A DNA stretch of 64,000 bases from assembly GCA_000708835.1 (NCBI GenBank), contig DF237244.1:45412-109411 (forward strand). Direction: 5' to 3'. Positions 1 to 11,017 of this stretch are shown piece by piece (positions within the stretch are counted from its first letter, which is position 1; every line of letters starts with the position of its first letter). The position numbers and the translations under genes were made by a program. The notes below the pieces were generated by a model, which saw only the letters and a list, made by a program, of their open reading frames with translations, searched no databases and was not told where the DNA came from. This DNA is from Klebsormidium nitens (taxonomy: Eukaryota > Plantae > Klebsormidiophyceae).

Positions 1-639
1 ACAGAATAGAAAAACTTCCTGAACAGCGACAACGAGAAGTAAAAGGAGACAAGCGTGCAGCTATAGTCCAGTTGCCAGTCGGGCTAAGCGCACCCAGATT
101 CTGTTTTGCTTCCACTTCTAACCACTCTCCAAGGGCCAATAGCTAGTAGTAAACAGAGCGAACTGTGGGGACAGCAATAAGCGGAGCGATTTGTTATCCT
201 TTTCTAATGCACTCTTGTCGGCATTTGTACTCGATCAGTTAAACAGCGCCAGGCTGAGATCTGATACTTGGGCTTGATACTGCACCCACTGCTGCTTCTC
301 AAGAATTGCACTGGTTGAGAAGGCTGGGTTACCCCCCACATTTGCCTCCAGTTCTTACTAAGTAAAAAGATTCCTTCGATTTTTCAACCGCGCCTGCGAT
401 TTGAAAGACCAGCAACAGAAAAAACACGTGTCAAATACCTCCAATTGTATTCTGCAGACCGAGAGCCTTCTCCATCTTAGCTTGAACCACCAAACCAAAA
501 CGATCCTGCCGAAATGAACCCTTCGATGATAACAAGGATCTTCAGGAACCTCCCAAGCCGGTAGCCCCCAACTAAAGAGCCTCTCAAATGGAAGACTCAA
601 CATCGAACCGTGCAATCCGCAATACCCCCCGGCCCTCAC

Positions 640-1826
640 CTCGAGAACTGTTCCTCCATGACCATGCGCATCTTGGTAATCGCCCCCTCCCACAGATTGT
701 CCACCTGCGCGCTTGACACCAACCCTCCCGCCGTCCTAAGTACCCGGTCCTCGACCACAAAGAACCCCGTGATCTGCGCAAAGTACCCTTGGTACCCCTC
801 CAGAAACGACTGCCCGGGCTGAAACTGCAGGTCGGAATTGAGCTGCAGCTGCCGGTTCCTGTAGTAATAGTCCCGGAACTGGTCTTGCAGCCCGAGACAC
901 GTATGGATGTAGTGCGCGCGGTAGACGGGGGTCAGGTCGAACTTGAGCAGCGAGTCGTCCTCCTCGATGTCTTCCACTTCCAGCATGTAGATCCCCTCGC
1001 GGTGCCCGGAGCGCGTCTGTTCCTCCGCCTGCCGCTGCCGGCCCCTCAGGTCCTTTTCCCTCTGCCGTGCGGAAGCGGCTTGTCCAATGGACTGCCGTCC
1101 GATGTCTCGAGAGATCCCCCGGATGTGCACCAGCCAATCGCTGAACTCCTTGCTGACCTTCTTCTCAATGTGGAGCCGACTCGCCGGGATCTGCTTCTCG
1201 AGGTAAACCCTAAGCGCTCTTGCGGGGACTCTACGCAGATAGTCCCGCTCGATATTGTCGAGTGTTTTGAGCGCAGGGTAGTACTGATCCCTCGCAATGT
1301 GCTCGTTCACCTTCACGCACAGGTCGACCACCGCCTTGCACTTCTTTAGCCCCACAATTGCCTCCGTCAGGTTCTTGCTGATGTCATGGTGCTCCACAAG
1401 CTCATCTACCCTCGACAGCGTGGCACTCCCAACCTTCTGCAACTCGGCATTCTGGTCGCTCAATCCGTTTTTCAGCTCCACCGCATCGACCAGCACGTAC
1501 CGAAGCTCGTCTACCGCGTGAATGAACTCCTCGTAATGCAGCCGGCACAGCTCCTCAATCTCGCTCTCCTTCTTCTTCACGAACCCCTTCAGCTGATGCA
1601 GGAGGCCCTCTGGTTTGCTCATTTCGAAGGCGGACCGCACCACCGGTCCAAGGTCCTCATTGTTTGCAATCAGCGAAGCTAGCGCTGCGTCGTCGATGCC
1701 CACCGGCCCATCAGGGGGCCTGTGCATATCCCCGTTTGTGCCGGCGGCAGCGCCCCGGAAGCCGGACTGCCCCCTGTTGACCGCCATATCGCGTGATTGG
1801 CCTTGCAGGGCGCCCTGATCCACCAA
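640..1826 (-). CDS. SEC15: Exocyst complex component SEC15 (EXOC6), large 5' coding exon; gene continues leftward beyond an intron
   Basis: ORF 636..1826 carries plant Sec15 motifs (EDLGPVVR..FE..KPEGLLHQL, EIEELCRLHYEEFIHAVDEL, FDLTPVYRAHYIH, QITGFFVVEDRVLRT, MEEQFSR). The ORF stop lies inside a donor site (AG|GTGAG, GT at 639-638). First ATG is at 1787 (the track start at 1826 is TTG). The next exon was not found in 1-600. Confidence 0.93.
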
Positions 1827-3105
1827 GTGCGCTGACCATGCCCTTCTGAAGTTCGTTGTACAGCGCTAGCTGCCATGAGATTCTGATCAGCATCCCTAGA
1901 GGCTAGTTGTGTCACAAAATAAACAAGTGTGCAGGCGCGCGCAGGCGCGGTATTCCGTTTTGATTCCGGTGTTCCGCGTATCCGGCCACGACGACCAGAA
2001 CTCAGGTGCCACATGTCATCACCACCTGCAGATTGATGTCGACACTGTCATCTGCAATTTATTAGGTCTATGATGGCGGGCCAGAATCTAGAAGGGAGAC
2101 CACGTGGCTGGCTCAAAGCCGTTTCCTCGCCACAAGTTTCCCAACGAAGAAGAGTCGAGAGGCTTCCTCGGACCTCCCTGTCGCCAGGATTTGCACCTGG
2201 CGCAATCACAGCGACGTCATGGCGGCAGCATCTACCGGTAGTGGAATCGCCTTCAGGGGCTTCGACTGGACACGTCGCCTGGCCCCTGCAGACTGCCCTG
2301 TCGACATACCTGTTCCTACCTAAAACTCTCAGACAAGGCTGGCAAGCCCGCAGACCGAATGCGGATGCTTCTTCAGGAGATCTGCATGCAGGAGCTTTCC
2401 TTGTGACCACTGCTCATCAGAATCATTTGAGCGCGCAGTCCAGTGATTGCGGATTCACAAAGCTGGTAAAGTCTGCTGTATTGACGCAGCAACGTTTTCA
2501 CCAGCTCACGTCGTTGCGCCACTTCTGCATTCTGTGTGAGCGCTTGCGCCCGTCGTCAAGTGGTTCAAGGTAAGGGCAGCTGACGCATCTCTGTCATTGC
2601 ATTTGTGTGTTAACGTTGCTGGAGGGGAGTGGTGTGGCGCGCCACAGTCTGGTGAAGACTGTAACGTGGCATTTGTTGAGGTAAAAGGCTGCAGTATAAG
2701 TGATTCGATCTGGAAACCCGCGCGCACAGAGTGTCAGCTGAAGTACATAAATGGAAGCACGAGAGCCTATGCTGCAATCGATGATATCATCTATGTTGGA
2801 CTTGTCGAGCTAGGCTGGTTGTGCTGCAAGTTCAGCATGATGCAGAGAGAAACATGTGCTCTGCTGATGCAGATCTGCTAAGCTCATCCACTTAGAGAGC
2901 CCCTGAACAGTAGCATTGCGTTCTGGCTCAGGTCGACTAGCGCCTTTCCTTGTCCTTCTTTACACGACCTCTTCTCTTTGCAACCAAGACACCAAGCTCA
3001 AGTTCCAAAAACTAACGCTTCTCGAAGTATGATGTTGTGACATCTGGCACATTCTCGCAGGTCTGTTCATACGCGGCATGTTCACACCTTTCTTGCACTT
3101 TGCAG

Positions 3106-6100
3106 ATGGCTCGTGTACTGTTCCTTCTGGCTGCCCTGGCGCTTATTCACACTGCCACAGCCCAGCAGATGACAATGGGCGAGGACCTTCTCTCAGCTGG
3201 TGTGAACTCCACTTTCCTAACCACCCAGATGGTTAACTACACTGCAGATATTCCGCTCACGGTGAGTGCCGATCACCATTGGCGTGCTCAGAGTTTTTGT
3301 ATGTTACAACAACTACGAAGAAATCTCAACTCTCAGTGATGCCATGTGGAGTAAGATCGACGCAAATGCAGTCTTGTTTCCTGAGAAAGTTGTGATTCTC
3401 AGGTGTGCACATAGTGCACATGTTGCTTTGGGCGTGAAGTCTTGTAGCCTCGTTCAGGATAAAGCCCAAGTATGTTTGGTTGAGGCATCTCTTGCGAAGA
3501 GTGGCTTTTTTGCGACTACAGATCAGGACATAGCTACAATCCAGTGCAACACGGCCTCGGATGACTCTTTAAGTGCACTTATTGCAAAAGCTTTTCTAGT
3601 CCCTCTGTGTCAAACGGCTTTGAATCTGCATCTTGTCAGATGCTGACCTCTGCTTTGCTTTGCTTTGCAGGCCTTCCTGGCCTATGACAACAGCACCACT
3701 GCGCCCCGGCCCGCTGTCATCATTGTCCCTGACTGGGATGGCATTGGCGGGTACGAGATGTGGAGGGCCAAGTTGCTGGCTAACCTGGGTTACGTAGGTG
3801 GGTTACCGCCCATTGTTACTCAGAGGTGTTCTCACAATGGAAAGGATGCAGCTAGGCCTTTTGGTAAAGCGAGGGTTCTGCAGGTTTAAATCAAGTTCGT
3901 CCGAACTGAGCATCATGATCATGAGTTATTGTCAGTCCCCACCTAAAACTCGGTCCCCCTAACCCCTAGCCCTTCAACCCCTAGCCCCTTTTAGAATGTC
4001 AATCCTCAGCCTCCTCACCCTCATCACTCAAGCCCTCAGCCACCCCTTACCATCAGCACCCTAACCCTCAATCCACTAACTCTCAGTCCGCCCAACCCCT
4101 TCGTCCCCTAACCCTCAGTCCCACTAACTCTTAGTTCCTTTTAGTCCCACCAATCAATGTGCAAGAAAATCAGTCCCAACAATCAATGTGCAACTTTTCT
4201 TGCAGCTATGGTGGCCGATGTGTACGGCTCCAACATCTCGCAGGGCCCCGCTCTGCCCACCTCCGTGCGGTCCTCCCTCCTGATGCCGCTCATGTCGAAC
4301 CCCGCCCTCTTCCGGAGCCGCATGATTGCTGCCATCAACACGGTAGGGCAGGCACTGCCCTTGTCTCTTTCTGGGACAGCTTTGCGCCGTATGTTCTTTC
4401 AAGCTTTTATCAACAGAATTCCTTAAAGAGGAAGCTGGCTTAGATTTGTGGAGGGAAAATTTCAACACAAGGCTCTGCGAGGAGTCAGTTATAGTCACCT
4501 TTCGTGGGCGCAATTGAGACTGCACGCTTGTCACTTACCCTTAACGCCCACTGAAACCAAGCTTTGACTCGGCTTTGGACTCGTCTCGGTACGATCGTCT
4601 TTTGACTCGTCTTGGTACGAACAGCTATCAGGAGCCTGCTTGACTATTTCAAGTCTACTTGAGCCAATCTTTTGGTCTCAAATGACGCCTGGTCATTTTG
4701 CCCGGTAACAAGCTTCCCAGGAGGCCACTTTCAGGTGCAAGAACAAGCAAACAGTACGGATCCGAGACATTCAAATCTGATCAAAACAGTACCTCAATCT
4801 CCCATGATACTACGGTACATGCTAGTCATCTGGTGACCATCCCACAAGCAAAGGTATGACGGTTCGCTGACCTCACGTCTTCTTATCGCTTTGCAGGTGA
4901 AGACGCTTCCGATCACCAACACCAGCGCAATCGCCGCCATCGGCTACTGCTCCGGCGGAACCGGAATCATTGAGCTCTTGCGCGCTTACCCCAACGGCAC
5001 CGAGGGTCTTCGCGGTGAGTCTTGATAAATGTTGCGCACGTTTCTGACGCCCTTACAACTTTCGAGTGCTTTATTGACGACGCTCCATCAAGCGGGCTCA
5101 GAAATATGCAGCCGCCCTTTCGAGTCTGAAAGAATTGGTGGTGCGGCGCTCTATGAGATTCTCGAGTCATGAGCGAATCGTTGGGAAGCCACTGGGTAGT
5201 TGCACACCAGAGTGGTCCAGCATCCTCTGTTTGATGCCCTTGTACAACTCTTCAGGCTGTGTCTTTTTCCCAAGTGCACGTTTGACAAAGACACACGTTT
5301 TGGGGACTGAGAGCTGAGACGTTTACATCAAGCGGTTTCAAACCAAACCGGTCATTCTGCATTCTCGATGGCCTCCAATACCACGTTCATCCGGCAATGG
5401 CGCACCAGTCTATTTTGTATATCTGTATTCTCCGTGAAGCTGGACTTTCTTCCTGAAAGCGCCACGGTTGGTCCGTGGGCGGCGCTTACAAACCGACACA
5501 CGGAACAGAGTATCCGAACTCGCTTCGATATGGCCGTCGAACTCTACCGTGTGTCCCGCAGGTGTGATGGGCTTCCACGCCGGCCGGCTGAACACCACCG
5601 GGACCAAGGCCGTGCCCAATAACCCCATCAAGCTGTCGCTCCAGAGCGGTGCCAAGGACGCGTCCGTCTCCGGAAAGGCGGAGATGGTCGTAAGTCCGCT
5701 TTTCCCGCCCTCCGACTCTTGTCTTGGTCACTGTTGACCTACGTTTTTTGAAACTTGCAGGCATCTTATGTTGTTGTCCAGTGGAACCTTTCGTCAGCTT
5801 TGGATCTTTTCAATGTCCTTTGCAACGCCTTATGCTGACAAGGCCAGTTTGTGCGGACTGATTTTGCCACCCTTTTTAAACTCTTCTGTTCTGTCAGGAT
5901 TTCTCAGGTCGTGTTTCGGCCTCAGTGAGGACCCACGTCTGCAGAATTTGCCTTTCTTTTCTCTACTTGGCCTAATCCAAATTTCAACTCACACTGAATT
6001 TCCGCTGGCCTTCGCTTCTTCTTGTCAAACTGTCATCCTACCATTCTGCTTCGACATTGTACAAAATGTTACAGCTTTTCAAGTACAAGGAGACAACTTT

Positions 6101-6879
6101 CACGCCGCTGACATCACCGTCTACCCTCGCTTGCAGGCTGAGATGGACGCGGCTAACGTCACGTGGGAGTTCACCGACTATTCCAACACTCTGCACTCCT
6201 TCACCAACCCCGCCACCAACGCGAGCGGAAACGTGAGCCCGCAATCTGGAATCTGCTTTTCGCTCTAGTTACTTCCGTTAAATGTCTCGCGATCTGGAGC
6301 CTGCTTTCCCCTTCCGATTGCTGCCTACTTTGGAGCGTGCTTTCCGATTTTCTTTCTGCCAATTCTGAGATTTGCTTCCGCTCTGCTTTCGCTTTCTTCT
6401 CTGGTTAATTGCGAACTCCTCTCCTGCAACCCTTCTGCCCGCACTCTGCTCTCTTGGGGAGTCTCCTTCTGCTCCATTCTGAGTTTTCTGGTCTGTTTCG
6501 GAGCTGGCTTCCCGCTCTAGTTTTGCTTGCTTCCGGCACTCAGATTATATATGAGGCCTTCGCGGGGGTGCGACCCTGTCGAAGTGTCGTTCGTCGGTTT
6601 GGAGTCGCCTCTTTTGTTCACCCGAACACATAGTGAGGGCAAAAAGTCCGTAGACGGTGTAATATCTACCAACTGTGAGTCTAGACCTTCAGGCGGGATT
6701 CTTTCGATGCTCGAGGCAGTGCTAACGCGCTTCTGTTCCTTTCTCTGCAGTCCGCCTACAACGCTCAGGCGGACATGCGCTCCTGGGCATCCCTGCGCGT
6801 GTTCCTGAACGAGATCTTTGGATTCGTGCCTATGTCCAATATTTACACATACGCTATGGGCAACTCGCTGCCAAGATAA
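3106..6879 (+). CDS. Secreted dienelactone hydrolase-family (alpha/beta hydrolase) protein, 7 coding exons
   Basis: Exons 3106-3261, 3671-3797, 4206-4342, 4897-5014, 5562-5689, 6137-6232, 6751-6879 join in phase with GT-AG ends. Motifs: signal peptide MARVLFLLAALALIHTATAQ, PAVIIVPDWDGI, nucleophile elbow GYCSGG, acid in SGAKD, His in LHSFTNP, and AYNAQADMRSW. Confidence 0.9.
3945..4150 (+). repeat. Degenerate telomere-like C-rich tract (CCCTAA/CCCTCA/CCCTAG variants) in intron 2 of the hydrolase gene
   Basis: Repeated aaccct(a/c)(a/g) units, e.g. 'cccctaacccctagcccttcaacccctagcccct', 'ccctaaccctcaatccactaac', 'ccctaaccctcagtcccactaac'. Confidence 0.6.
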
Positions 6880-8156
6880 TTTGCCCGTAGTGCCGTCAGC
6901 TCGATGGCCTGAGGGCTACTTTTCCCCAACTTTCGAGACGGTTGATAAGCAGAGAAAAGGTTGAAAATTAGTCATGTTACAACATGTTGGGATAGGGGTG
7001 TGCGTAAGAACATTTTTTGAGGTCGGCTGCCACCAGGCACCGCTGCGACGCACATTGCTCGCAAACATTCTTGAGAAACGGTCATCTTCTGTGAATATCG
7101 ACACTGATGAGAACTTGAACACGTCCAAACGGATCCGGATGTCTCCTCAAGGTTCAGGCCGGAGTCATGTCTTGACATCATTCAACGCGTAAGCCATAAA
7201 CTTATACAATAAAGCAATGAGAACTCAGCTAACCAGAAAGCTTCCCCAAGAGATTGCTTGAGCTCGCATATTGGCTGCACTGGGATCGTTGTGTGCTGCG
7301 CACATGTGACGCAAGATTTCGCTACCAAGGCGCGCACAGCCAGGCGTCCAACTTCGGGCTGCCGCCTTGCACAGGCATATAGTTTGAGAGCTGATAAATT
7401 GATAAATCTGCGTTATGGGAATGGCGGCCGGCAAAGCTGGCGCGGCAATCCACCCGACTTTCCTCATGTTAAACATCTCCGGGGTATATAACATGTTGGT
7501 AGGGACGCTGGATTAGCTACTTCCAAAGCAAAGGGCCCAACCAGTCATGCATGTACCTCAGAGTGCCACTGGCATGGTAGCTGTCAAAACAAATTGCGAT
7601 CAATTGGACGTGGGATTTCGAAATAATATTAAAGATTATGCACAAGAGAAATATGTGAACAGATGAGTCCAATACTGAAGCCCTGCAGAACGCCAGAAAA
7701 GAATTGGTCGCCAGAACGTTTGTACTATTCCCAGGCATTCATTGACGAGCCGATATAATTGTGCTTAGGTTAGGAAGTGTAAGCTAAAGGGTCAGCTTTC
7801 AGAATGCGGAAATTTGGATGGCCAAACCGCAATTGGACTTCCCGGCTCAGGTCCAGCCGTTGTCATGGCAAAGAGCTTGGACACAAAACAGTCAATATGG
7901 CGCTCGTATGATCGAGCAATTCCAAAAGCAAGTTCTCAACCTCGCCAACCTGCCAATTCCTAACTTCCAATGGACATCGCTAATCGCAGACTCAGCAATA
8001 CCTGGGTGAGAGAACAAGCTCATTAGCAAGCTAGAGTATATCGTTTACTCATTGTCAAATCTGTGTTCAGGGTATCTGTGCAGGTAAGTCGGAGCGTCAT
8101 CTTTTCGACAGCTTGTCACTCCTTTTCTGATTGTTAATCGCTCGATATCGCTGTCT

Positions 8157-9563
8157 TCAATCAAACTCGATCGAACTTTTGTGGTCATTGGTACATGCGA
8201 TGACGCCATCTCTGACGTAATCAGCATTTGAAATGTGGTTCCATCCTTCCATGTACGAAGACAGTGGCTCAAGCTTTCTGCAAAACTGTATATCTACGAA
8301 ATCAAGGGATGTCCACTCTCGATAACCCTCCGGAAGATTTTGAAGCATGGGCAAGTGGATCAGATCCAGGCTTTTCAGATCCTTCCATGCTCTGACAGTT
8401 TCAGGAAGGGAGGAGAAGGACGAACAGGCGATGATCCACAATATTTTCAAGTTCCTCCATTCTCCCACAAGCTCCGGCAAGCTTCGAAGAGCAGGGCAAG
8501 AGAATATCGTACACTTCTCTAGGAGCTTCCAATTCCCCACTGCCTCCGGCAGAGACACAGTCGCGTCGCTCGAGTGCAACTTGAAATGTTTAAGCCGTTT
8601 CCAGCCTCCCACGTAGCTTGAGAGCTCAAATTGCTCGTGCAGCCTTACGAGTTCTGCTCTCTCCAAACGGTTCCATTCAACCACAGTTGGTGGCAACTTT
8701 TTGAGCTTCTCGCAGTCACTCAGCTCGAGGTTGCGTAGGTTCTTCCAGGCTCCGATCTCGTCAGGAAGAGTTTCCAGACTGGATGCAGTGGACAAGTTGA
8801 GCGTCTCAAGCCGCGTCCAGAGTCCCACTTCCTTTGGTAGCGTTCTCAGCCCCTCAAAGTTTTCCAGAGACAGCTCCCTGAGTTGCGTCCATTCTCCAAC
8901 TTCTTTTGGTAACTCCTCCACCATAGGGCACCATTGCAAATCTATATGAGTTAGCATCGACCAATTTCGAACTGCTTTTGGGAAGGATTCCACTCGTTCG
9001 CAGTCGTAGATGATTAGCCGCCTCAGGTGCGGCCAACATCCGACTTCCTCCGGAAGCCCGTCAAGAACTGAATCCGAATTGAAAACGTGCAAGCTCTCTA
9101 GGATCTCCCAATTTGCAAGGCTTTCTGGCAGGCTAAAATTTGCACAAATTTCCCATTGCTCATGCTTGGCACCCCTAACCGGCCGCCTGCAACATCGCAG
9201 TTCAAGATGCTTAACAGCCCTGCCAAGATTGTCCTCTTCCATCACCCGGCTGCTATTACAGCAGCAGAAGGAGAAGCTCTCTGCGTTCGGAAAGAGCGTC
9301 AGCAGCCGACTGCCACGCAGCCCCATGTCGTCCTCCGCACGAGGGCCCCTCCGACACCTGACGCGGACCCTCTTGGCTGCCGTCCTCCCAATCTCGCACC
9401 ACGTCTTGCATACCTCTGTGAAGCTTCGAAGGTCCTGAGACGACCAGATCGCGTTGCGTTCCTGTGTTTGTTCAACAAGCATGGCTATATGAAGAAGGAC
9501 ATCTGTCGGAAGGCAGCTGATATCGCTGTCAGAACCGTTCTGGTGGCCAACAGGAAGTGCCAT
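8157..9563 (-). CDS. Intronless F-box-like + leucine-rich repeat protein (468 aa)
   Basis: N-terminal ISCLPTDVLLHIA...FTEVCKTWCEI is F-box-like. It is followed by ~13 24-aa LRRs of consensus LxxLPxxVGxWxxLxxLxLxxC. Single uninterrupted ORF. Confidence 0.85.
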   Translation of the reverse strand: MALPVGHQNGSDSDISCLPTDVLLHIAMLVEQTQERNAIWSSQDLRSFTEVCKTWCEIGRTAAKRVRVRCRRGPRAEDDMGLRGSRLLTLFPNAESFSFCCCNSSRVMEEDNLGRAVKHLELRCCRRPVRGAKHEQWEICANFSLPESLANWEILESLHVFNSDSVLDGLPEEVGCWPHLRRLIIYDCERVESFPKAVRNWSMLTHIDLQWCPMVEELPKEVGEWTQLRELSLENFEGLRTLPKEVGLWTRLETLNLSTASSLETLPDEIGAWKNLRNLELSDCEKLKKLPPTVVEWNRLERAELVRLHEQFELSSYVGGWKRLKHFKLHSSDATVSLPEAVGNWKLLEKCTIFSCPALRSLPELVGEWRNLKILWIIACSSFSSLPETVRAWKDLKSLDLIHLPMLQNLPEGYREWTSLDFVDIQFCRKLEPLSSYMEGWNHISNADYVRDGVIACTNDHKSSIEFD

Positions 9564-11017
9564 TGTCTTTCGAGTGGCCTATTCTATCAGTATTCTAGGG
9601 GCGGTCGCGTATGCCGAGCGGCGCCTTCTTCACTGTGCTGTTCAAATGGATCACGCTCACGAAGCCCCAAACCACGAAAGCTGAAGGAGCCGCGGGCGGC
9701 TGCGCGTGCCGCTCCTCGCTTGAAAGTCAGCACTGCAAATCTAATGCTGGTAACGTCACCCTTTTGGTCAAAATTGGCGCCTTCAGCAGCTCAGGCTGGA
9801 CTTCCAACGCTCGTCGGGCCCGGAGCGATGATGTTTGATCGAAGGCACAAGCAATTCATTATTCCTCTTATGCCGTCACGTCTCTGGCAGTGAATCAGCA
9901 GGCTTCTCAATTCCGCGCCGGCACCGGACTTCAAGCATTCTTACTTTCTCGAGACAGGCGCATATACATGTCAAACTTCGTCAGAGTCGCTTGCAGGGTT
10001 GATGCTATACGTGTTCTTGCAGCCTGCATGCGCCACAGCATCATGATGGCTGATGTATGTCTGTAATGATGAGGTCGAATTTGATTGCGGTCGGATCGAT
10101 CCGACTCGTTATGAATAGTCGTGGAGGTATGCGAGACCATTTTCTGATACTCAATGTGCGCGTCCATGGAAAGCCAGGCTATTACAACGGCATGATGCAT
10201 GGACTGAGTGGCGGCAATTGAAAGACAATGTACTTCCCTTTCTCATATACTGCACCACTGCCCAGCCGCCGCGCTGCTGAAACAGACTCTAACGTTGCTC
10301 AACATCATGCAGGCTCCAGAAAGCAGACTACGAATGATGATCGATTCATTGCAGGACCCTTCGACTGCCACGCACATTTGCGCAGCTTTCGACTTCTATG
10401 TCACACCAATCCACCCAGTCAAACCAATAGCCTTCAGACCGTCACAATCTTCGATGCATTTCAACCAGCCGGGCATGATCCAAGTCAGCGAGGGAATGGA
10501 CATTGAACGACAGGACATGGATAGCTACAGATCACAGAACCTTGTTCCAGCCTTTATGCAGATGTCCATTTACGAAAGGGCATAATATCATCACCGCCAA
10601 TTTAGTTGTGATTGGGTAAGCTGTCGTTATACTAGGTTTGGTGACTGATTTAGCGAATGCAATGATCGTTTTGCTAAGGTAGCTAGACGTTCGAAATTCA
10701 AACATCGATTCCCGTGTATGCAATGGAAACCTAGGGCCCATGTGGCTACGAGGTTTGGAAAGAGAACATCATCATCTGACTGCAGAGATCGACCTCAAGG
10801 AGGCAAGCTGACCACTGATTCCAGTCGGACTGCAAATACTCGAAAAAATGTAAAGGAACGCTGGCTGTAACCACTGACAGTGTTGACGACGCACACTCCG
10901 ACTGCTCTCTCCAACATGATGCTCGTATATTCACCTCAAAAGAAAGCCGTGCACCCTCCCGCTGTACAAGCTCGTCAGAGCAATAGCTATAGAATCTCCA
11001 CGCGGCTGATCCTGTTT

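Noticed and set aside
4947-4961. GYCSGG as an inactivated hydrolase motif
   Set aside because: It still fits G-x-C-x-G-G, and the Asp and His of the triad are present.
9156-9893. 245-aa plus-strand ORF
   Set aside because: Antisense shadow of the F-box/LRR gene with no recognisable motifs.
9931-10934. Short ORFs between the LRR gene and prohibitin
   Set aside because: No motifs, splice support or codon bias; likely promoter and 3' UTR sequence.
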